64,000 nucleotides of DNA. Source: Vicugna vicugna (lineage: Eukaryota). The stretch's first letter is position 1, and each line of letters opens with the position of its first letter. The stretch covers positions 1,369,525 to 1,433,524 of the forward strand of contig MU059972.1 in the NCBI GenBank assembly GCA_013265495.1, written 5' to 3'. This document shows, in pieces, positions 1 through 12,111 of this stretch. The translations under genes and the position numbers were made by a program. The notes under the pieces are model-generated. The model was not told the DNA's origin. It saw nothing but the letters and a program-made list of their open reading frames with translations, and searched no databases.

Positions 1-931
1 GGAAATCGGAAAAAACTGGAAGGATGTACGTGCCAACAATTTAAAGGTGGTTCTGTTGCTCAGATTATGGGAAATTTTTATTTCTTCTACTTGCTTGACT
101 ACACTTTAAATTTTACAAAGTTCACACTTCAGGGAGGAGGGAAAAACAGTCTCAATCTTAAACCCACTCTGGACACAGACGTAGGGAAGGCAGGCGGTGC
201 CTGCTGCTGTGCGGCCGTCACCAGGGCCAGGGGCTACAGGCCTTCTGACTGCGAAGGCCTCGGGAGCCCGGCGCACAGCGGGTTTCCATGGATCCGTCAG
301 TACGCTGTCGCTCCCAGCTGTTCACAGACCAGAGGGGGAACAAACCAGGTTCAGAAATGTCTTCTTTAATCCTCCTTTGAACTGTAACTTACAGAAAGAG
401 GGTTTATTTGGGAAGAAAACTGTCAAAATTTTAATAGTTCTAAAAATGTGTAAGATTTATATAACTGGAACATTTTTCTCTTACAACAGTGTGTGACTTC
501 TAAAGAAACTGACATCCCCCCACCAAAATACGAACAGAGGTTTGTAAAGCAGGGACGCATGCTGGCAGCGCTGTGGCCTTGGACTTCCGGCTCCCTGGTG
601 TCTGAGGTGCGGTGCTGACTGAGGTCAAGGCGTCAAGTCGCCGCTCTGAACAAACCGGTTCACTTTTACAGAGAACCCGGGGTGCTGAACAGCCACAGCC
701 ACAGCCGGACGCCCTGACTTTGCTCAAGGGTCTGGCAGGCTCTTGATCCTGCAGTTATCAGGTGACAGTGCTGCTCATAAACAAATCAAAGCGAAATAAG
801 GAGGAAAACTGCCTGCAGAGCAGCGCTGGGAAAGGCGCCCGCAGCTCCGGGGCTGCTGGGCCGTCCCGGGGCCACGGCGCTGCCTCCTCACCCCGCACAC
901 CACAGCGGACTCCACGGTGAAGCCTTCCAGT

Positions 932-958
932 AAGCACGTCAAACACGTCAAACACGTC
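932..958. repeat. 9-bp minisatellite (AAACACGTC)x3
   Basis: AAGCACGTC AAACACGTC AAACACGTC. Confidence 0.85.
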
Positions 959-1950
959 ACACAAGACAGATGTGACTTCTTATGAGATTTCTGAAAATTC
1001 TCTTTTCTTTGTTGGAAAAAAACATCAGCATTTTAATTCTACTATTCCAGAAAGAATAGCCAGGCAACCAAAACGCTCTGTGCCTTAGTTGTGGTCACCT
1101 GTCACTTCCAACTTAACAGACATACAAAACACGTAAAGCTTTATGGGGAGAAGGAGGAGAACTCTCATTAGGAAATCTTTTTATAAAATAAAAGTGTTGA
1201 CAAAGTTGTTTCATAGATGATGTTCCTGAAGTTCATGGGTCCCTCACAAAGCATCATCTTGAATATTTAGCTGAGGTTCCCAAGCAGATGTGAGCCTTAA
1301 TGTCATTAAGGAAAATTCCCAGCCTCAGCAAGAGTGTAGGAAAAGCCACCTCACAGAATACACAAACAGAGCGTTTCTGGGACATCGGTCAGTGTCTTAT
1401 CAGAACTCTCAACATGCTCAGCCGTCCTGCTTCTGGGAACTCACCCGACAAATATTTCCCATGACACACGGGCAAGGGGCTTCACTGCAGGGTGTACGTG
1501 AAAGAAATACAGTGTGAACAACGTGACTGGTGTCGGCAGGGAAGGGGGGCAAGGGAACACCTGGGAATGAAGACCCCACAGGTGTCCAGACACAGAGCAG
1601 CCCACACACAAGAGCCCAAGGCTCCCCGACGCGCCGGCAGCGGGCGGGAGTGGGGCACCGGAGAAGGCAGCCGGGGGGCCCCTGTGTGCTGTCGCGGGCC
1701 CAGGTGGGCAGGCGCAGGGAGCGGGGGCTGGAAGGCACGCGGGGAGGAGGGGCAGACAGGGTGCGGGAGGCGACCACCGGGCTGGGCGTGGGGCCGGCAG
1801 TGAGCACACCCTCTCTGACTGGGATTTTTCACATGGAACACACGACGCTTTTTCTCTTGCTTTACTGAAGGGAAAGACAGCTTCCAGACGCTCTTCTGGA
1901 CTGTCCCGGAAAGGGAGAGTGCTGGCTCCCTGGCGCCCACAGCTGCCTAC

Positions 1951-2020
1951 CTGGGTGATCGGGGCTCAGCTCCTCCACGGCGATCTGCACCACGTCCGCC
2001 AGGTCCTGTTCTGACATCAT
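1951..2020 (-). CDS. BANP: BANP (BTG3-associated nuclear protein / SMAR1), first coding segment MMSEQDLADVVQIAVEELSPDHP-, ending in phase 1
   Basis: The translation matches the recalled human BANP N-terminus (MMSEHDLADVVQIAVEDLSPDHP). It is 70 coding nt followed by the donor CAG|GTAGGC at 1950. The downstream exon (VVLENHVV...) was not found in 1-1950, so it lies outside the window. Confidence 0.96.
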
Positions 2021-2087
2021 CCAGAACGGCGGCGCGAGGCCGGGCGAGGCGCAGGAATCAAACTCACGCGGGACCGGGCCCCTGTCA
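1951..2087 (-). other. BANP: BANP exon 2 (67 nt 5'UTR plus 70 nt CDS)
   Basis: The minus-strand acceptor ctgtctctgcttttgcttttaag|TGACAG is at 2088-2089 and the donor is at 1949-1950. There is no upstream ATG in the UTR part. Confidence 0.85.
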
Positions 2088-2221
2088 CTTAAAAGCAAAA
2101 GCAGAGACAGAGTCGGGGACATCAGCGGCTCGCCACCACACCCAGGAGGGCTCTCCTTGCCCCAGACCACCCAGAGGTCAGTATCCTGTGAAAACTGACC
2201 GACGGCCTCAGTCTCCCCCCC

Positions 2222-2562
2222 GGACTAGCCCCACCTTCCCAACCCATCCCCGCACCCCTCCAACGTCACCCTCCTAAGGCAGCTTGAACGCATCACCCCC
2301 AAGCCAACCGTCCCCAGTGGTCCCCTTTCTGCCCACGGAACCCGCCCCACCCCTACGGGCCCTCAGCTCCTGCCCACACACCACCCCCATGGACCAGCCC
2401 CACCTTCCCAACCCATCCCCGCACCCCTCCAACGTCACCCTCCTAAGGCAGCTTGAACGCATCACCCCCAAGCCAACCGTCCCCAGTGGTCCCCTTTCTG
2501 CCCACGGAACCCGCCCCACCCCTACGGGCCCTCAGCTCCTGCCCACACACCACCCCCCGGAC
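2222..2562. repeat. 169-bp tandem duplication (2 near-identical copies)
   Basis: 2222-2390 repeats at 2391-2559, differing only at about position 5 (T/C) and at the junction. Confidence 0.95.
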
Positions 2563-3849
2563 GCCGCTGCAAACACACCTCCCGAGTGTCACCCAGACGA
2601 CCTCTCGCAGGCCCCAGCTCGGCTCAGCTCCGCACCCTGGCCCTCCCCTCGGCCCCAGCCCTGCTGCCCCCGAGACGGCCCACGTCTGCACCAGAGTCCA
2701 TCACCTTCTTCCCACCCCTGAAATGCTCTGATTAGGCCAAAAGGGACCGTCTTTTCCAAAACAGAAACGAGGCCACGGCACCCCAAATATGATCTATCAA
2801 CCAGGAGTCTAAACACAGCACCTGAAAACAGGGGGCCTGGAGGAACCAGGAATCGCTGCCCCGTGATACTTTTAGCACCCTACACACTGTATTTTAATTA
2901 TCGACAGGTAAGTATTTGTGACGCGACTTATCTGTCTCCTCCCGCCCCTATGACTACGGGTTCCCTGGGGTGCTCGCCAGGCACCAAGCCTACGGCGGCG
3001 CAGCCCCGCGCCCACTCCCGCGGTCTCAAGGCACGCCCCCTGGGCAGGGGCAGCTGAATTAGGATTTTCAGATCATCTAGTTTCAAACAGGAGTCTACTG
3101 ACAGCTCCTTTGAACGGATAAATTCCACCAGACGTAAAGTTAAATCCGCGGGTTCCACACATGTTCTTAAATCCTTTAAGCCCCTCGTCCAGATGTAAAT
3201 TCTACAGCTCAAACGGAGCAGCTCCCAAGCTTCTGGGGGACGACCATCTGCAGGAAGGGGAGCCAAGCTACCGTCTTAACCCTTCGTGCACATGCGGCAC
3301 TCGCTCACAGACACGGTGACGGGTGCCACCCGCCAAACGGCCGAGGCGTGTCACTCTCACCTGCACACCTCACGCGAGCCCAAGGGAAGCAGAAAGCACG
3401 CCTGCCCCTGCCAGAGCAGCCGCTGATGGCAGACAGTGCGGGACCTGGGATCTCGGAGGTCCTGCCGCCCAACCCTTTAAAAAGTCCCAGTAGGGAGGGA
3501 TGGTGGTGGCAGGGCTGTGACCCTCCCAAATGTCCCTGCAGGAACACACGGGACAACCAGGGCGGCACAACCGGGTGACGGGTAACAGGTGGCGCGGTCA
3601 GGACTCCGCAAGAACCTGACACGCCAGCACGCAGGCAGCACACTGCCAGCCATGAGGGGCTCCGGGAGGAAGCGAGGCAGAAAAGCCGCAGGTCAACAGG
3701 AGGATGAGGCTGTAGCAACCCAAGGGCAGACAGACGTGGGGCCGCCTGCAGGGGCCACAGGCCTGGGCACCCTCCGGGGCCACACACACTGAAAAGGGAC
3801 CAGCCTAGAAGACAGTGTGGCAGGGAAGGCAAACAGCCGGGAGAGTGCA

Positions 3850-6720
3850 GAAAACAGCGGCCGCGTTCTTTATAACTTCCCCCAAACAACAGAAAATAGA
3901 GCTCAAGAACACGGAAATTAGAACTATTCCAAATCAAGCTTCCCTTCCAAATGTTCTGGAAAATGAATTCCAGAGAAAATGCACTGATAGAAAATATTGA
4001 GGTCAAACCTCATGCAGAGATAATATATTTTAAAAGCAAACAGAAGCAAAGCAGCATGACTACAGTCGGGGAAAGCACGCTAGGGAGACATGTCCCTCCA
4101 AGAGACGAAACTGCTACCCTAGTAGCTCAGAACACACTAAAACGCAGGAAAGAAATGACACAACACACCACTAACCATGAGCCAGCACTGAAGACACTCA
4201 GAAGCGAGGGGACAGAACTCAGAAAAGACTGGAAACAAAGGAGAAGCAATTCTGGAAATGAAGGCTAAATTGGCAGGAATCCAAGAGCAAATAAACACAC
4301 TTAAGCCTGAAGAAAAACAAAGGGAAGAAAGGAGGAAACAATTAAGAATAAAAAAGAAATGAAAGAAAAGATTTCAAGAAAGGAGCACACTGACAGGCAG
4401 AGGGCCCGACATCTGTTCAGCAGGGCCTGACGAAAGGAAACCAAGTCACACAGTGAGACGCGGGGGTGACGTCACATCCAAGAAAACGCTTCCGCAGCCA
4501 AGGCGGGGAGGGGGTGTAGAAACCCTTGAAACTGCTACGAAAAAGACACCACAAATCTGGCGGGGGGTGGGCAGCAGAACAACCGATACTAAGACACAGT
4601 CTAATAAAAAACACTGTTTAAAGAAGAAAGAAAAACAATTTTAGACATCTAGACAAAAGTACCCGGTGACTTAAAATGGGGGCGGGGGGACAGATCGTCA
4701 AACTACAGCAGAAGAGGGGTCAACACACACAAGACCTCAAGGAAAGCAGCGTGAGCCTTAGTGTCCAGACGAAGTGAGCTTCCAGGACAGAGGCAGCAAC
4801 TTGTACCAACACACAGCCCTCAGAGAACAGTGTTCCCACAAACGCTTCCTGAAGAAACCACTGGAAAACAAGACTCAGAAAAGCAGAACCACTGGAGGAG
4901 ACAACACACTAACTGGTTAGTGGTGAGCAGTCTGCATTCACGTGCAGGACTGAGACCGAATGAGAAGGTCCAGTTTGCAATGGCTACATGATCTGATCAC
5001 GGAGACACAATTTACCTGCTTAAAAATGGGGAGAAGAACTGGGTGAACACACACAAAACAAACGTTACCAGTTTGCAGTAACCACACTGAGTGGTGGTGT
5101 TGGAATGCATTCCTGGTGTCCTTGAGAAGCGGGACAAGGACAGGCAGACCCGAGCGCAGGCAGGAGAGGTCGTTGGGCGTGGATTTCAACTGTGTGTCTG
5201 AGTTGGAGGGAGGAACCGGTGTGCGAACCCAGCAGCCCCGCACCCTTACTGCCCAGGCCGTGGAGCTGGGGCCCGGCTCTCAGCAACACCATCAGGGCCT
5301 CCTGGAGAAACGGCTGATTCCAGGTCAGAGGCAAGGACTACGCAGGAGAAACCTGGAACACCTTGTCACGCCAGGTGGGAGGAAGCGACCAAAGACATCA
5401 GGCTTGTCTCACAAGGGCTCAGGGGCCAGCTCCAAGACGGCCCTCCCGGCCAAAGATGAGCACAGTGCCCGCCAGCAAGGGTAACGAGGCCAATGGACTG
5501 AAACAAGTATTTTCAAGCTCATGAGTTCACGACGCTTTCCAAAAAAAATCACCCTTAGAGGGTGCCAGGGAACCGTCTTTAATTTTTTAAAAGGGGTATT
5601 AAAAGAAAATCGAGCATTTGTCCTGCCATTCAACACTCCAACCAGAACAGAACCAAACGTGCTGCCCCATCTAACACTGCCCAAGGCCAGCGTGCCACCC
5701 CAACACACACCGGCAAACAGAAACACCACAGACCATCAAGTCCCCAGAATTCTAACACTGTTGACTTTCAAGAAATACAGGGGTCGGGGGACGTCCTGAA
5801 ATGCACATAGAAAAATCAAAATCCAGACTAGCGGAAAGTCTACAGTCAAGGGAACCCATTTACTCAACACATAAATTACATGCGGGTGTTGGGGGGGCAT
5901 CAGAAGGGGGTGACCATGCATCAAGGGGGACTTCGGCAACCACCACCACAAACAAGCAAAACTACAATTCTCTCTGTTTGTGTTACACTAAGTAAAAAGA
6001 GTTCTTAAGGCAAAATTCAAACCAACTGGAAAATACTTGCTACACATTCACCAAAGAGCTCATTTCCTTCTCTCACAGGAACAGAAAAAAGACTAATAAA
6101 CCTAACTAAAAAACGAGCACAGGAAATGAGCGTGAATTCATAGGGGGAAGAAGTCACAAAGCTTTGAAAGCTTTTAAACATGAGGAGACTCAACCTCTCA
6201 CGGAATTCTTTAAACGCAAATTTCAGCAAGACGCTTGGTGTGACAGGCGGGAAGAGAGTGAGGACAGGGCAGCTCCCTGCACTTCTGGCAGGAGCTTAAC
6301 ACTGAAGAGCAACAGGCAACAGGCATGGACCCGCTGCTGCCCTCCGAGGAGCCCTCCCGGCACAGAGTCACCTGTTTGTGCAAAGATCTAAAAACCACTG
6401 GCACTGCTGTCAGCAGCAAAGAATGGATGCAACCTAAATGTTTAAAGAACCAAGTCTGGTGCAGCAGGACAGGAGACCAACAACGGCCCAAGAGCGCGGG
6501 CCGAGCTCCCCGCAGGACAGTTCCTGAGACGCAGCACCACGTGGACATAAATGGGGCAGGACATGTTCAGAGCACTTTTTTTTTTAAAGAAATATGCTAC
6601 ATGTGTACAGACTATCCCTGGGACATAAGGATGAAGGGAAACTGTATTTGTATTTTTTATCACATGTGTGTATCACCTCTTCAAAAAAAAACCACACTAT
6701 TTAAAAACAGTCAGACAACT
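3850..6720 (+). mobile_element. Mosaic of very old L1 relics (ORF1-like, L1MC/L1ME 3' and ORF2-end pieces)
   Basis: Strongly A-rich plus strand. L1MC-type pieces lie at about 5500-5870 (CACCCTTAGAGGGTGCCAGGGAACC; GAAAAATCAAAATCCAGAC) and ORF2-end-like pieces at about 6000-6480. Boundaries are approximate. Confidence 0.5.
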
Positions 6721-9700
6721 AAATATTTAGGCATAAACTGAGGGGAAATTCTCAATCCCAAACTCCCTCAGGTACAGGACTCCGCTCCGAGCCCTGGGGC
6801 CAGGTCAGCTTCTGCAACGGCGCCAGGACTCGGGGGCTGGCGGGACCCATGTGAACACAGAGGGAGGAGGGCCCGCCCGGCCTAGAAGGGGCCACACTCA
6901 GCGTGCATCCTCTGAGCATGACCTCTAAGCAGATTAACCATGGTCAGTATGAAAATCAAAGCCACTCATGCCAAAAACTTGATCTTTTTTCCAAACTAAA
7001 AACCAAAGCAAAGACTATTAAGGGAAACACTGAACTGCATAGCGAAGGCGGTGGTCCTCAGTCAGATGACACCATGCCCAACCTGTCTTCGAACTGATGG
7101 ATTTAAAGCGTCGTAGGGTCACACACTGCCTTCAGAACCTAATTCTTTTTAAAATTACAGTTATTTTCCCAGGAAAAAAAGCACAGACAGACAAAATTCT
7201 GCCAAGCTTCAGGCTTCATAATCACCAGAGACTGCTGGCTGGCCACCTCAGTACCTGCTGCCCTGAGGCCCAGGGCACGTGGCCACCAGCCTGCCTCTCC
7301 TGCAGCTGCCACCCTGTGACCGGTTCACTAGCCAATGGGGCGTGAGCACAGACGCGACGCGGGCAGCTCCGGGCACTTGCTCTTCCCGGCCCTCCTGTGC
7401 CGGCCTCCAGGGAAGAGGATGGACAGAGGGGCTAGGACAAGGAAGCAGCCCGGGGCCCTCATGGCTGGCTACGGGGCTCCGCACATCCCCAGACTGCCCG
7501 CCTCCGACTTCCTACACCAAAGGAAAACACCATCGGCCTGCTTTACACACAACGGGTCCTGTTATCTGCGGGCCCATGGGACACGCCCTGAGGCCCGTCC
7601 ATGATGGCCCTGGGTCCGCAGGTCCCAGGTCCCAGGTCACACACACGTCTCTCACAACAAGCCAGTGGAAAGTTTTCAAGTGCCCAGTCAAGCTATTTCC
7701 TGGTTTCTAGAAGCTCTGCGAGTGGCTTAAGAAAACACTCCGAGCTCACCATGAAGTCCTGAACCCTACCCTCTTCCACATGAGGACACCACACATACCC
7801 GAGCTGTTCACTCAGCGTGATTCTACTGCCAGGATAGAGTCATTTAAAATTCTGCTAACAGTGAAGGTTTGAATAGAAGAAGCTAGGGCAACAGGCCCAA
7901 GAAACTGGAACAGACCGATGCATGTGGTTGCCATTTTGGCAAATTAAATTTGCCATTTCTCAGAAGTCCTGGAGACGGTCCAGTCTTAGCATCATAAAGC
8001 AGCTGGACTGTAATGATTCATGTTCAATAACGTCTCCAGTGGCTCGTGAGGAGCGCGCCTTCCAGGGTGCACGGGGAACAGGAGTCCCCCAACCCAAACC
8101 AGCAAGGGCGTGCTCGGCCTCTGGGGATGGGAAGTTGGTGACAGCACCGCCAGACAGAAACACCACCATCACACACGTGAACCAGACTGGCCTGATGACA
8201 CGAACCAAAAGGGAAATGTCCCCGAACGTAAGACTAATAGGAAGGAATACAAAGGGAGAACTGTGTATGCGTGCGGCCACGTGTCTGTGTGTAAACGCGC
8301 AGAGGACCGTCTGCCATGGTGCATCCTGAACCAAGGGGACCCCGCAGGAAGGAGGACCGACAACACAAGCCAACCTCCGTCCGTTATCCGCTGGATTGCT
8401 GAGTTTTCTGTAAGCACGTTACTTACCTGTCACCTGTGAAACTTTCTGAACCAGCAGCAGGGACACGGAGGAGGCCAGCTACGTCAAGTCTCGACAAAAA
8501 CGAGGCAGCCTTCTTCAACGCCCCTCCCTGCCCTGTGGCCGCTGGTCCCCTGGACCACTGGCTCAGCCCTCCTCCCCCAACACTCCAGCCCTACCTCCTC
8601 TTGTGGTCAGCGGCCTCCACCCCAGCAGCTCCCCTCAGGCCCCCAACACCAGGCCCCAGGGCACCCCGGGGACGTCCCGCAGCTCCTCCCTCCCTCCCCT
8701 GGTGCTGTCCCCCCTCCTCACATTCCCTCCAGCACCCAGCCCAATCACACCCCACTTCCCGCCACAAGACTGCCCCCGGCCAGGTGGGCCAGGTGTCTCC
8801 ACCGGGATGAGGCCACCTCTGCACACTGCCCTGCCCCCGCACCTCCAGGGCCTAACTCCACTGCCCTGGCGTCACCCACCTCTGGAGGTTCACGCCGTCC
8901 CCCCAACAGGGACTGCCCTGGCCTTGCGCTGGACCCCTTCTCATTCGCTCTTAAAGACCATCTGCCTGCTGACTGCCTTTACCTCCGATCCCTCCCGGGA
9001 ACTCCAGATCCGTGGGACAAATGGGCTCCGGGCCCCCTGCCCTGGGTGTCTTGTCTCAATGTGACCATGCCCAAATGGAAGCGTCCCGCTCCACAGCCGG
9101 CCTGCACCCCCGGACACCCCACCTCAGGTGCTCAGGTACTTGGGCCAGAACCTTCCGGCTGGGGCTCCTCTCTCCCATCCAGCTTACGGGCAGCAGCTCT
9201 TGCTACACTCACTCTGGATCCATGCGCTGGCCCCACCTGGGTCTCCATGCTCTGCCTTTGCCCCAGACTGATCGCCGATGCCTAGTTTAAAGGCTGCGGG
9301 GACAGCGTTAAAGCCCACTCTGGTGTCCCTGTCGGCTCGAGGCCCAGGAGGGGTTTCCTGCCCACTTGAGGCACTCGCCCAGCTCCCCAGTGCCTGCCAG
9401 GTGCTCTCCGCACCAGCTCAGCCTCTACCCTCTGATGTCCACCTGCCCCCGCCCCCCCACTGCCTCTGCCCCACCATCTCCAGAGCCCCTGAACTCCACC
9501 CACTCCCACCCACACCAGCACCTGCCCCCTGCTGCCCTCTCCTGCTTTACCGCAAAGCCGGCGCGTCTAACTCACAGCTCCCGCTCAGCGTCAGGCTCCC
9601 TGCCGGCAGACAAGCTCCACTGGGCAGAGCTGTCCCCACCTTGCTCCCTGCCCGGCGCGGGGCCTGGCACACGACGCACGTGCACATGGGCGAGCCCGCG

Positions 9701-11712
9701 GGAGGCACCCCCGACGCAGGGCAGGCTGTGAGCACTGGGGCCTGCGGAGCGCTCTGTGTCTACTGATTTCACAAGGACTGCACCGTGATGAAGGCACAAA
9801 CCTGCCTCGTTACTGGCTGTGAACTGCATGCAAGCGATGCACTGGGCTTAAGGCTGAAAACACGAGCTGCTGGTGGGTCGTCAGCAGCGGACGCAAGTAG
9901 GTGTTCGTCAGTGGAAACACAGAACTGCACTTTACTTTTCACTTTGCTACTTTTTAAATATTTTGGACACCCATAAAATAAAACCACAAACCCATTAAAC
10001 CTGTAAAAGAGAAAAGCCACTGTAAGGAGCACACAGCTGAGCGTCAGCAGCAAGGGTGAGAAATGGAAATGGTACAGGCCACCAACACTCGTAACGTGAA
10101 GAAAGGCAGCAAGAAAGAATCACCAAGCAAAGCCCCGAGCTGCACTGGGCGCCGTCACATGGGTCATCTCATTAGGGACAGCACAACGTGGGGTTTCCTT
10201 CCGTCCGTCTTCTTGGGGCAAGCACACTTCACGGAGCTGTTTCCTCCACCAGCCCTTGAACAAAGCGCCCATGCCGAGCCTGGCTTGGCCAAGGCAATTC
10301 CCCAGGAGGCGGGAGGCGGGAGGCAGCACAGAGCCGCGGGTGGACTCCCGGGCAGTGACCCGACTCAGCCCTGCTGGAACGGTCTCCCCACCGTCACATC
10401 TGCACACAGTGACTGGTCTGAAGGGCCGCAGTCCCCGCCCCCCAGATCCCGACCCCGACGCGCCCCTGCCCCTGGCACCGACCGGTCGGAGGGTCGAGGG
10501 CCGCCTGAGCAGGAAGGCCAAGCCACAGGCCGTAGAACTCAGAGCAGTCTCCACCCCCGCCGGGAGGTGGCCAAGTGGTGCCAGGTGAAAACCTGCACCT
10601 CCAGAAAGACAGCACCTCCAAGGAAACTAAGGTCGTTCCATTTGCTCAGATCCTTTTGGGTAGAAATGCAGTAATAAAATAATTAAAAGCCAGTATGATG
10701 TGAGCAAAGAAATCAATCTTTCTTAAACTGAGACACGTGGAAACGACTCAGCTCACAGGTCCTCCCAGTCAGCGTGGGGCGGGGGTGGGGGGGGAACGTG
10801 GCCATAAACGACCAGTCAGGCACCGGGTAAACCAGGAAACAGCAAGAAGCATTGGTTCTTAGGGAAGTTCAGGCCACACTGTTTCTTCCCTAAAAATGCT
10901 TATGTTTGAAATTAGAAGAGGGCCAACCCAGCCTCAGATGGCAGGCCCCTCCCCCTACGGGTAACATTTTGGATTAAATTGGCCACTTTTATTCACGTCT
11001 TCCAAAATATTCCCCCCCTCCTCAAATACACATGCCCGTGCAGCAGGGAGAGGCAGCGGGACGGAGCTGCCATCCCAGCCCCCCTCACCACGTGCAAGTG
11101 CACGAGCTCGGGCTCGTGCCCGGGCATCTGCCAACAGTCAACGTCTCTGAAATCAGGACAGAAAATGTGTGAATACTTCTTTATTCACTTAAAAACCACG
11201 ACAGGCACTACATTACATATTAACATACAAAGCTTTTTCTTTACGAAAAATAACTACAGATTCCAAAACAACAGCGAGGAGGGAGGCACGGCTCTGCGCC
11301 CGACAAGTGCCTTCCCGTCAGTCTCACGGGCAGCAGCAGGGCTCTCCCGTCTGCCGCCGCCACGCCCAGCCCGGCACACTGCAACAGGGCGCCACAGCTC
11401 AGCAGCAGCTCCCCTCTCCCCAGGGTGGGCTGCACCGTGGCACCTAGAACCCCATCGGTGAGCCTCCCGCGCGCTTTCACTCTACAGTCCTTTGGTCTGT
11501 GTCGCACTTTAAACGGACCTTCTGTGCAGGTCTGACGTGGTCATCTGGGGAACGCTGGCTCAGCGAGATGTGCAGACCTTTCCAAGGCCTATTAGTTTAT
11601 CTAGCGCATCGCCTCTACTACATACCCCATGTCAGGTCTGCCCCTTTGGCTCTAACCCTGGGCTCTGTTTCCTGGGCTTGGTCTTGCTGGTTCTGCACCT
11701 TTTGTAAAAGAG

Positions 11713-12111
11713 TGTTGCCTGGGGCCTGAAATACACAGGAGAGCCCGATCTCAGGGCTCAGACCTTTAAGGGGAGAACATCTTCCCATCCACACAGAGAT
11801 AAAAAGTTGCAGAACAGAGAAAAACCTTCCTCTTGTTGGAGGTTTCCAGGAATATCCTGACCTGACCTACGTGGACCGGTGCAAGGACAAAGGATTCCAA
11901 CACCAGCAAGTCTGCAACAACCAGCGACGCCCCTCCTTTTAGTATAAAGGGGACCTGAACTCTGACTTGTGGAAGATGGCACTCCGGGACACCAGCCCCC
12001 ATCTCCTGGTCTGCTGGCTTTCCAAATAAAGTCATTTGTCCTACCCCGAAAGCTCATCTCCCAGCGTACCAGCCCGTCACGCAGCAGCAGAACAATTTGG
12101 ACTCGGCAACG
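11713..12111 (+). mobile_element. Solo LTR (ERV1-like), antisense to BANP
   Basis: Inverted termini TGTTGCC...GGCAAC(G), TATAAA at 11943-11948, AATAAA at 12025-12030, and a 3' end GCAGAACAATTTGGACTCGGCAAC typical of MER34/MER39-type LTRs. No clear TSD. Confidence 0.7.

Noticed and set aside
932-958. Short direct repeats as a possible CRISPR-like or operator array
   Set aside because: Only three 9-bp units with no spacers, in a eukaryotic intron; ordinary slippage repeat.
2901-2913. Perfect plus-strand donor CAG|GTAAGT (possible antisense lncRNA exon)
   Set aside because: No convincing acceptor or promoter nearby, and a few such 9-mers are expected by chance in 64 kb.
2928-3266. 112-aa minus-strand ORF with a helical-looking middle, preceded by a good acceptor at 3248-3249
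   Set aside because: Starts at TTG, does not match the BANP protein, has no convincing donor, and the ATG right after the acceptor closes after 12 codons.
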